Virus record (IMG/VR): IMGVR_UViG_3300022748_000439
Source: an uncultured virus (IMG/VR IMGVR_UViG_3300022748_000439)
Taxonomy: Duplodnaviria; Heunggongvirae; Uroviricota; Caudoviricetes
Strand: one strand, 5' to 3'
DNA length: 20,000 bases
Positions 9,741-16,941 of the stretch are shown here, piece by piece; position 1 is the stretch's first letter; each line of letters opens with the position of its first letter. Under the pieces are notes generated by a model. It had not been told where the DNA came from and did no database searches. It saw only the letters and a list, made by a program, of their open reading frames with translations. Position numbers and translations under genes: made by a program.

Positions 9741-10067
9741 CTACTCCCCCACTTCAAAGTTTTTATAAATTATTTCACCAGACAAGGCGAAGACAATATC
9801 GACGTGCAGTGTTCCGTCTTTGAGATCTACTCTGCATAGAAAAGTCATAACCCCCTCAGAATCTACATTGTTGGTCGTCACATCATAGACATGGTCGGGA
9901 ATCAGATCGCAGAGCCTAACATCCGACATCGGCTGAAGTCCTTCATCTAAAATGTAGGATTCCAACTCCTCCAGTCCTTGACTGCGCATCGAATTTTCGG
10001 ATGGGGGCCACATGGTTAGTAGCAGAACGGTCGAAAAAGCCGCCAGTAGGATCATCTTCCATTTCAT
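9741..10067 (-). CDS. 108-aa protein with N-terminal signal/TM anchor; candidate immunity protein for the RTX N-terminal domain
   Basis: MKWK followed by hydrophobic MILLAAFSTVLLL, then an acidic soluble domain with 2 Cys. AAGGA lies upstream of the ATG. The stop is 3 nt before the RTX GTG. The function is inferred from context. Confidence 0.7.
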   Translation of the reverse strand: MKWKMILLAAFSTVLLLTMWPPSENSMRSQGLEELESYILDEGLQPMSDVRLCDLIPDHVYDVTTNNVDSEGVMTFLCRVDLKDGTLHVDIVFALSGEIIYKNFEVGE

Positions 10068-10279
10068 TCCGGTAAATCCTTACTCCGCCTCTTGCTTTGA
10101 ATGGTACAGCGCAGCGTGGTCACTACCCCCTGCCCCCACGAGAGAGCCGACCATCCCGTGCACCGCCTTGGCCTGTCCAATCCCGAACCCCATTCCACCC
10201 CCCTCATCAATGCCTTGACCTATGCCCCCGCCCAACCCCTTGATTTCCCTCATCCCGAAAATCTGCTCGCCGTAGACAC

Positions 10280-11440
10280 TCATGCCGCCCACCGCATCGC
10301 GTCCACATGCGTTACCAGCATCTTTAACTCCGCAGCCGTCAGCTTGCCGTCACCGTTCGAGTCGAAGGTCGACCGGATCGCCTCTAGGTCGCCAGTGGCC
10401 GTCGGGGTCCATTCAGTGATACTCACGCCATGCCCATCAAGGTCGAGGAGAATGGGCCGCCGATCTTCCGTCGCAGTCGGGTGATCTTTCGGATTGGCCG
10501 CTGGACCAGAGTCGGCCCCGCCCCCGTCGCTACCAGTTACCGAGGTTGCTGTCTGCGTCTTGCCACCAGAGGAGTAGGTGGCCTTGCCGATTATCGTGCT
10601 ACTCGCTCCGCCGGACGTGTTCGCCACCCGTCCAGCATCCGCACCATCACCGCCGCCGTAATCGAGCGAGCCGACACCGTAGCTAGCTCCAGACGAGGAA
10701 GTAGATGGGCCAAGTCCCGTATAGCCCCCAACATAGCCCGTGCCGCCTTGGCTTACAGGTGTGCCGTAGCTGTTCGCGGCCGACCCGGGACCGCCAGAAG
10801 CGCGATCAACTACCTGCCAATGACCACGCGGGTCATTTGGGTCGTAACCCATGCCGCGCGGACCGGGGCTGTCTTTAGGAAGGTCGCGGAAATCTCGTCG
10901 CTGGTAGTTTGAATCGAAGTACCCAGCTTCACCCCAGGGGATGCCAAAATCCATCTCTGAAATTCGAAGATCTTCGTTGAGGTCGGACAGTGTTTGATCA
11001 ATGTATCCCGGCACTGACAATGTAATGGGACCGTTGACCTTTCCTGAAACACCTAAACCCCGTTCGTAACCCTTTAGCCCAGCCGCCTCGAAGGCTTGAT
11101 CTACAAGGTCTGCACAATTATTGAAGGCAATTCCATAGTAGGTATCACTCTTGAGTTCTTCCATCCGATCTATGGCAGCTTGCCCCTGTGCTCTAGAAAC
11201 AGCATTGCTATGCACTGCCGCAGGACTTTCTAGCACTCCGTCCGCAGTAAATCTAGCAGGAGCGTCTTGCACAACCCCTCTGGTTGTCAATCCGAGCGGT
11301 GTAACATGAACCCCGTAAACAATAGTCCTTTCATATGTCCTGGTGTCTCCGCCAACTGTTATGGAGAGCGTTACATGCCCCGTTAAGCTATGATCGACTA
11401 AGCCATTGTAGGAGCTAACAGTAATTGAACGATCATCCAT
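10280..11440 (-). CDS. Orphan N-terminal module: permuted papain-like (His before Cys) domain + Gly/Ser linker + truncated SPM; no RTX secretion part
   Basis: GH22V and YYGIAFNNC109ADLVDQAFEAAGL motifs. The C-terminal ~120 aa are clearly homologous to the linker/SPM of the giant RTX gene (GADAG..ANTSGGASST, TYSSGGKTQTATSVTG, RRPILLDLDG, TATGD.EAIRS.FDSNGDGKLTAA). Confidence 0.8.
   Translation of the reverse strand: MDDRSITVSSYNGLVDHSLTGHVTLSITVGGDTRTYERTIVYGVHVTPLGLTTRGVVQDAPARFTADGVLESPAAVHSNAVSRAQGQAAIDRMEELKSDTYYGIAFNNCADLVDQAFEAAGLKGYERGLGVSGKVNGPITLSVPGYIDQTLSDLNEDLRISEMDFGIPWGEAGYFDSNYQRRDFRDLPKDSPGPRGMGYDPNDPRGHWQVVDRASGGPGSAANSYGTPVSQGGTGYVGGYTGLGPSTSSSGASYGVGSLDYGGGDGADAGRVANTSGGASSTIIGKATYSSGGKTQTATSVTGSDGGGADSGPAANPKDHPTATEDRRPILLDLDGHGVSITEWTPTATGDLEAIRSTFDSNGDGKLTAAELKMLVTHVDAMRWAA
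10300..10657. repeat. Diverged direct repeat of ~8253-8778 (linker + SPM start), with internal deletions
   Basis: Shared DNA such as ctccgccggacgtgttcgcc, gtcttgccaccaga(a/g)gagtaggt, ccagagtcggccccgccccc, aaggtcgaggag and gaccggatcgcctc in both copies. Confidence 0.92.
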
Positions 11441-11445
11441 CGAAT

Positions 11446-12018
11446 TCAGTCTTCACTTTCCACTTCTGGAATCACGACAAACGCTTCACCGCAAGGCACC
11501 CACTTAATTTTTACAACAGCTTTTCTTTTTGAGATCGGTGTCGAATATGAAACCTCCGCGAATGTTTGTCGAGCTTCTAATGGAATGGTCACAATCCGCC
11601 TATCGATCAAAATCACTGCCAAATTTCTCCCGTAAATTTCAGTTCTACCCGCTTCACCTTCAATGATGCCGGACACAAGAAAATTTATACCAACATCTCT
11701 TGCCTCAATAATAATCTTGTCAACTACAGCACAGATTTTGTCTGACGTGACGTCAAGCGGCAGATAGCCTGAAGAGGGGCTGCCTATGCTAATTTTTGCC
11801 TTCTTAAGCCTCGCATCCGAAGAGTTTTGCGCTTGCTTCGCTATTTCCTCGATATAGCTGTTGATTATTCGCTGCCTTTCTTGATCCACCATTTTCCGTG
11901 ATAGAACCAAGCCAATGAGTGTCAAAAACAGTAAGAAAAGAACCGCAATTACGAGGAGCGCATGTGAATTTTTTGACAATTCAAACCCTTTCTCCACGAA
12001 CGCCCCTCTCAGAGTCAC
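11446..12018 (-). CDS. Single-TM membrane-anchored protein; candidate immunity protein for the orphan module
   Basis: TM segment ALLVIAVLFLLFLTLIGLVLS near the N-terminus, 2 Cys, low GC. The stop is 5 nt before the orphan ATG. An alternative TTG start at 11979 has a better SD (GGAGAAAGGG). Confidence 0.7.
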   Translation of the reverse strand: MTLRGAFVEKGFELSKNSHALLVIAVLFLLFLTLIGLVLSRKMVDQERQRIINSYIEEIAKQAQNSSDARLKKAKISIGSPSSGYLPLDVTSDKICAVVDKIIIEARDVGINFLVSGIIEGEAGRTEIYGRNLAVILIDRRIVTIPLEARQTFAEVSYSTPISKRKAVVKIKWVPCGEAFVVIPEVESED

Positions 12019-12319
12019 AAAGAGATCAACATTTCCATTTCGCCAAGATTTTCCCTTTTATCGACAAGCGTATGAGGGAAGCGAGGAAGATGAATTGTAA
12101 AGTAGTGAATCCCTTACCTGAGCTGCTGTGCCCCAAGGTAATCCAAAGCCGCGAGAGGCACGCGCAGCGCGTCCGCAATTGGTTGAAAACGGCGCATACC
12201 GTAAGCGCGATTTTCTGACCCTTGTGTGTGGCTGTGTTCTGATGCACGGCGAGATGCGGGCCACCGATTGGTCGCTTAATTTCGTGTTAGGGCTTCAACC
12301 CGCCTCACGGTCCTTGGCA

Positions 12320-12609
12320 TCCCCGGATGTCGGCCAAAAGCAATGCCGGTCAACCGCCCCATCGCGAGATCAAGCGCCGACCATCCCCCCCTCGGCACCA
12401 ACGTGAACCAGGGACAAACGCCCCTCTGCCGCCGAGCCTTGTGCCAATCGCTTCCCAACCCACTTGCGCAGAAGGTTCGCGTTCACGCCATGCGCCAACG
12501 CCAGTCGCGAAATCGATGACCCGGGCCGAAGAACCCGCGTCACCAAAAGCCTGCTATCCCCAAACTCAATCCCAGGCATTGCGTCCACCGTCTTCCTTCG
12601 TGGACCCAA
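12320..12609 (-). pseudogene. Degenerate IS66-type TnpA (HTH) remnant
   Basis: LRPGSSISRLALAHGVNANLLRKWV is a typical transposase HTH segment. It is flanked by frameshifted sequence and cut off near the adjacent IS66 end at 12620. Confidence 0.7.
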
Positions 12610-12704
12610 TCTGATCGACGTAAGCGTTTTCTGGGCCGCACCTTCCCAGTTTTTGCCTGACCTGCGACTCCACTGCTGACGGAGATCGTGGCAGGAGTTT
12701 CGCG

Positions 12705-13133
12705 ATGGCGACTACGGTGGAGTTTCTCAGGGACTACGGGGTGGAGATACGGTCCAATGGCCAGAAGCGGTGGCCGGACGAGGTCAAGGCGCAGATCGTT
12801 GCAGAAAGCCTGAAGCCTGGCGTGACGGTGAACGCGGTTGCGGCGCGGTATGGACTTCGGGCGAACCATTTGTCGGAATGGCGTGGTCGTGCGCGGGATG
12901 GAAAACTGGTTCTGCCTGCGATGGAGGATGACAGCTTTTGCTTTGCGCCTCTCGTGCTGTTTGATGAGAATACGTGTTCTGTGCCAACGCGTCCTGAGCG
13001 GCCGTGCCAGTCTGAAGCGCAGCCCTTGGGACCTATCGAGATCGCCGTGGGTCAGGTGACAATCCGGCTGGACGGTGCCACGTCGGCCACAAGAATTGCC
13101 GAGATTGTGCGGGCGATCGGGCCGTCGTCATGA
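12705..13133 (+). CDS. tnpA: IS66 accessory protein TnpA
   Basis: KRWPDEVKAQIVAESLKPGVTVNAVAARYGLRANHLSEWR HTH and C-terminal IEIAVGQVTIRLDG. GGAG SD. ATGA overlap with tnpB. Confidence 0.88.
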   Translation: MATTVEFLRDYGVEIRSNGQKRWPDEVKAQIVAESLKPGVTVNAVAARYGLRANHLSEWRGRARDGKLVLPAMEDDSFCFAPLVLFDENTCSVPTRPERPCQSEAQPLGPIEIAVGQVTIRLDGATSATRIAEIVRAIGPSS

Positions 13134-13485
13134 TGCTCCCCTCGAACCGGGTTCGGATCAGGGTCGCGACAAAGCCCATCGACTTCCGCAAGGGTCATGA
13201 CGGGTTGGCGGCGCTGGTGTCGTCTGTGCTCCGCAACGACCCGTTCACCGGCACGGTCTTTGTGTTCCGCTCGCGTAAGGCGGACAGATTGAAACTGCTC
13301 TTCTGGGATGGCACCGGTCTGGTGATGGCCTGCAAGCGCGGCTGGAGGATGCGACCTTTACCTGGCCCGCGATCAAGGATGGGGTGATTGCGCTGAACCA
13401 TGCCCAGTTCGAGGCGCTGTTTGCCGGTCTCGACTGGCGCAAGGAAAAGGCGCTGGAAACCAGTCCACCAGCTGCGGCAGAGTGA
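13130..13485 (+). pseudogene. tnpB: IS66 accessory protein TnpB, frameshifted
   Basis: PIDFRKGHDGLAALV...DPFTGTVFVFRSRKADRLKLLFWDGTGLVMACKR, then a shift at aagcgcggctg (~13335-13345). The other frame continues LEDATFTWPAIKDGVIALNHAQFEALFAGLDWR to TGA 13485. Confidence 0.88.
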
Positions 13486-13539
13486 ATCAACCGCTTGGTT
13501 TGGCGTGTTTTTGCTGGGGTTTTGTGGTAGCTCCAACCC

Positions 13540-13620
13540 ATGCAAGCCACTCCTGCCATCGACCTTTCGACCATTCCTGCCGCGCAACGCGCGGCGGTTC
13601 TGGCGTTGATGGAAACGGTG
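13540..13620 (+). pseudogene. 5' stub of IS66 transposase TnpC
   Basis: ATG 13540 MQATPAIDLSTIPAAQRAAVLALMETV sits at the expected position after tnpB and is broken off at ~13620. Confidence 0.5.
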
Positions 13621-13670
13621 TCCTCACCACGAAGGCCGGACAGCACGATCCGGATCTTCTCCTCGGACGC
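13620..13670 (-). pseudogene. ~50-bp fragment of an IS3-family orfA
   Basis: The minus strand reads SEEKIRIVLSGLRGED, matching the alphaproteobacterial IS3-family OrfA motif SAEEKIRIVL.GLRGEDSIAELCR as recalled. Confidence 0.65.
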
Positions 13671-14139
13671 CCCCCTTCAGCACACCGATCCGACGGCATA
13701 GCTCCACGAAGCTGGCACAGGCCTTGCAGATGGCTGGGCCGTTCTGACGCCGGAAATCCGCGATGGTTTTGTGGTCGGGAACCAGTCGACCGGTCAGCCA
13801 CATCAATTCGACATTCCGCCCGGCTTCGCATTCCAGCCGGCGGCTCGAGGAGATCCGGTTCAAGTAACCGTAGACGAACAGCTTGAGCAGAACGGCCGGA
13901 TTATATCCCGGCCGCCCAGTGCGTGCGGCCGCGTGACGTTCAAAACCAAGCGCCGCCAGATCAAGTTGATCGACAAACAGATCGACGACACGAACAAGGT
14001 GCTCCTCCGCTATCCAGTCGTCCAACCGCTCAGGAAAAAGCGTCGTCTGCGCCCGGCTAACACCCTCGATGAAACCTGCCATGCAAAGCCTCCGAAACTT
14101 GGCTAAGCATACCATAATCCGCTGTTTTTACACAGCCTC
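13670..14139 (-). mobile_element. 5' fragment of an IS1182-family element (terminal repeat + truncated transposase, ATG 14082)
   Basis: MAGFIEGVSRAQTTLFPERLDDWI...TGRPGYNPAVLLKLFVYGYLNRISSSRRLE...WLTGRLVPDHKTIADFRR (DUF772-type N-terminus). End sequence GAGGCTGTGTAAAAAC at 14139-14124. The DDE domain is missing. Confidence 0.87.
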
Positions 14140-14425
14140 GGCGGGAAATGGCCTGACGGTGATGCGGCGTGGCGAACGCAGCGAGTTGACGTTCTGATCA
14201 GTGGTGACGGCAGCAAGCCTTATGACGGCGATCTAGCGTGGCAGTTCAGTGATCTCTCGAAGTGGGTGAAATAACAGCGGCGTATAAAGTCCCGTCTGAG
14301 CCCCATCCTGGCTGCACCTAGGTTCAACTATCTTCATCTAAAAAAATAAGTGTAGACCAGCGAGACCGAGGTTAGCTATGTTTTTAGATGTGGGCGGGCT
14401 AAGCGAATGGAGAATTTAAGAAACA

Positions 14426-15517
14426 ATGCCGAGTAAGAGCATCGCGGTCTGGACCACGGGAGAGCAGGCCGTCGACCAGACGCACGAAGTACATGTTAAT
14501 TACTGGCGTATGGGAGAGGCCGGCTCGTCATCGCTGCCTCACTGTCGGAGATGGCTTTCTAGCCTCGTCAAGCGCTCCTCTGTACCGAAAGCGGGTGGGC
14601 ATGACCTGTTGGAACTAGGAGTCTGGGTTGCTAATCCCAGTAAGGTTAATACTGTTTCAGCCTATCTGCCCCTGAAGATTTCTCGTGCAGATATTATTGA
14701 CTGCTCTGGTCACTTCAAGAATAGCGACATCTCCCAAGCGATTTTTAATGAGCCAGTGACGATTACACACGGTCCGCAGAAATCTCCCGTAATTACAGCA
14801 AAGATTAATGATGCTTTTTATACAATTATATTCTCCTTCGAGCTGTCACAGGGCGGGGTAATATCTGATGCGGAACTGGATATACTCGAGAAGGGTGAGG
14901 GAGTACAGTTAACGATCACTAACAAGGCCATTCGTTCTGCGCAGGAAGCTTCAGGAAATTTTGAGAAGCTTTACTTTCGGATCCGAGTGAACTTGCACAA
15001 CGGAAGCCCGTTTGTGAGCACGATTAAACCGTATGATGGCGCTCTCCAGAGCGGATACGAGGAGATTGATTACATTGACTTCCGCGTTAATGAGACTCGT
15101 AGCTTGCCGAGGGAAGTCCAAGAAGATCTTCGCAAAAGCTCATCGAAGCTTAGCAAGATATCATTTTTGACGGCTGCGCCTATATCGCTTGGCCTATCTA
15201 GCAATGACGCTCCGCTCCACAAGGCAAGAGTATTGGAGAGTACTGTTTGGGGTGATTATGTCGATCAGCTCCCGCCTCACATGATGGTTTATCATTGGCG
15301 AAAAGATTGGCGCGATGGATTATCAATCTCTGACTTCTCGGGCTTTGCCAAGTTTGCGATGAGAAGGAGCGGGCGCGGCAGAGTGATCAAGTACCTGATG
15401 ATCTTTATGATTATTTCCATATTTTCAAGTTGGTTAGCCGCTCGATTTGACGCTAATTTTGGCCCCCCAAACGAATGGTTCCAGCGTCTGATCTTTGAAG
15501 TCTCTCCTGCGTCCTGA
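14426..15517 (+). CDS. Hypothetical 363-aa protein with one C-terminal TM helix
   Basis: Long low-GC ORF with GGAG upstream. Hydrophobic YLMIFMIISIFSSWLAA follows a basic stretch (MRRSGRGRVIK). I recognise no catalytic motif. Confidence 0.8.
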   Translation: MPSKSIAVWTTGEQAVDQTHEVHVNYWRMGEAGSSSLPHCRRWLSSLVKRSSVPKAGGHDLLELGVWVANPSKVNTVSAYLPLKISRADIIDCSGHFKNSDISQAIFNEPVTITHGPQKSPVITAKINDAFYTIIFSFELSQGGVISDAELDILEKGEGVQLTITNKAIRSAQEASGNFEKLYFRIRVNLHNGSPFVSTIKPYDGALQSGYEEIDYIDFRVNETRSLPREVQEDLRKSSSKLSKISFLTAAPISLGLSSNDAPLHKARVLESTVWGDYVDQLPPHMMVYHWRKDWRDGLSISDFSGFAKFAMRRSGRGRVIKYLMIFMIISIFSSWLAARFDANFGPPNEWFQRLIFEVSPAS

Positions 15518-15524
15518 GGTGTCC

Positions 15525-16025
15525 ATGAAACACGGCGTTTTCACTGAGAAAAAAATGCGTCAGTGCATAGAGAAAGAAGCTCTAGCGTTCATCCTGCCGC
15601 TTTCGCTCGACTATCCCGATATTCAGAAGTGGTATCTTGAAAAGGTTGTTCCCGGCCTTCGATGTAACACTAGATTCCTCTTGCCAATCTACAGAATGGA
15701 TGAACTTGTCGGGATTGGTATTGCCAAAAATGACGGGTACGAGCGTAAAGTTTGCACTGTAAGAGTCGCTGCAAATTATGAGGGGCGAGGCCTCGGAGTG
15801 AGGATATTTGATGGGCTTTTGAAGTGGCTGGACACCGACAAACCGAATCTAACGGTTAGCCAAAGAAGTTTGCCAAAGTTTCATAGGCTTTTCGATTACT
15901 ATGGTTTTCAGGAGACCTCTTCGACCTGCGGGGTCTATCTGCCACACTCCTGGGAACACGGTTTCAACGAGAAAGGGATTAATCGCGCAGTCGATGTGCA
16001 TCACCAAAGGATGAAATCACTGTAG
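15525..16025 (+). CDS. GNAT-family N-acetyltransferase
   Basis: KVCTVRVAANYEGRGLGVRIF acetyl-CoA motif A and RLFDYYGF motif B. ATG 15525 with GAGGT SD is preferred over the TTG at 15495. Confidence 0.85.
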   Translation: MKHGVFTEKKMRQCIEKEALAFILPLSLDYPDIQKWYLEKVVPGLRCNTRFLLPIYRMDELVGIGIAKNDGYERKVCTVRVAANYEGRGLGVRIFDGLLKWLDTDKPNLTVSQRSLPKFHRLFDYYGFQETSSTCGVYLPHSWEHGFNEKGINRAVDVHHQRMKSL

Positions 16026-16533
16026 TCACCGCAGCAGAAGCCGGTGGATTTACTTGTATGATTGGCATTCCGAGCTTTGCGGAAATTTCTCTTCCCGCAG
16101 CGGCTTCGTTCTCTATGTCTATCTGGCATTCACGGAGCGACTGCCTCGGCTTCTTTAAAATGCGGCGCCTTTGAGATATCGTAGCGGCCGCTTCATTCAC
16201 CTGCATGAGTGCGGTAAGCTCCAATAGCTTTATCGCCGCCTCGGGAACGCGGCGTTCTAACAATGGCAGATAGAGGTGGCCGTCGATAAGTGCATCATCT
16301 AACTGTGCACCTGCACACATCAGTCTTATGCGTTGGCACAAGAGGATTTGCTTATCGTTCATGCCAATCGCACCCCCCATTTCTGATGCGCGAAGTAGCT
16401 GATTCAGTGTTGCGCTTGCGGAGATATAAATGACGCCTGCGCGCAGTTTTAATATTTGGCGGCAGAGCAGAGTCTTCCCCGAAGCGGACGCGCCAAAGAG
16501 TAAAAACCTGCTCTGCATCTTGCCTGTCTGCAT
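15979..16533 (-). CDS. P-loop NTPase, nucleotide-monophosphate (adenylate) kinase-like
   Basis: Walker A GASASGKT at the N-terminus, YISAS, LIDGH, and ISQRR lid-like motif; 184 aa. TAAATG coupling with the ASCH gene. Confidence 0.78.
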   Translation of the reverse strand: MQTGKMQSRFLLFGASASGKTLLCRQILKLRAGVIYISASATLNQLLRASEMGGAIGMNDKQILLCQRIRLMCAGAQLDDALIDGHLYLPLLERRVPEAAIKLLELTALMQVNEAAATISQRRRILKKPRQSLRECQIDIENEAAAGREISAKLGMPIIQVNPPASAAVTTVISSFGDAHRLRD

Positions 16534-16941
16534 TTACACAGTCATTTCAAATTGCTTAGAGCTTTCAAGTTTGGGAAGATATCTGTACGATTGCGGTGGA
16601 GAAAAATTCTCCACTACATCGCACGGCTCAATAGGATCATCGAAAACGTTGAGCGCACCGATCTCAATTGCAAATGCAGTGTCCCTGCCATCGAAGTAGC
16701 TGTCAAAGAAATCACGGCTGATTCCTGATGCCTCACGGGTTTCATTCCATATCTCTTCCGGGCTCCCTTCGAGAATTCTCTCGATGATAAATTCTGCTAC
16801 GATTTTTCCGACGGGTTTAGTGCAGTAGATTACCACCTTGGAGACGTCCTTTGAAAAAACTTTCCTCCTGAACTCGAAGCGTTTTGTTCCATTCACGATA
16901 TTGGCCACATGCTCTGGCTTAATCGACAATAAGACGTCCAT
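16534..16941 (-). CDS. ASCH domain protein (PUA-like fold)
   Basis: LLSIKPE..NIVNGTKRFEFRR contains the ASCH GxKxxExR signature. VVIYCTKPVGKIVAEF and PPQSYRY are also present. Confidence 0.9.
   Translation of the reverse strand: MDVLLSIKPEHVANIVNGTKRFEFRRKVFSKDVSKVVIYCTKPVGKIVAEFIIERILEGSPEEIWNETREASGISRDFFDSYFDGRDTAFAIEIGALNVFDDPIEPCDVVENFSPPQSYRYLPKLESSKQFEMTV

Larger units (their letters stand above)
12620..13620 (+). mobile_element. Truncated IS66-family element (left end, tnpA, frameshifted tnpB, start of tnpC)
   Basis: Begins GTAAGCG (IS66-type terminus) at 12620, followed by the tnpA-tnpB-tnpC gene order. No right end is present. Confidence 0.85.

Noticed and set aside
174..9839. Many long plus-strand ORFs (e.g. 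174-1322, 1009-1878, 6756-7484, 7551-8231) and short alternative-frame minus ORFs
   Set aside because: They are antisense or off-frame shadows of the GC-rich repetitive RTX gene (PSPS/VAV-rich translations, constant phase, no recognisable motifs).
11915..12679. Overlapping small ORFs on both strands around 11915-12679
   Set aside because: They are shadows of the TM gene and of the decayed IS66 sequence, with no independent coding signal.
14353..14382. Putative sigma70 promoter TAGACC-N18-TATGTT upstream of 14426
   Set aside because: The match is weak and cannot be distinguished from chance without TSS data.
15490..15525. Possible +1 frameshift fusing the TM protein to the GNAT (ctttga / tcctgag, overlapping open frame from 15495)
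   Set aside because: The GNAT has its own GAGGT SD and ATG at 15525, and the CTT-TGA is not in the upstream gene's frame. There is no positive evidence.
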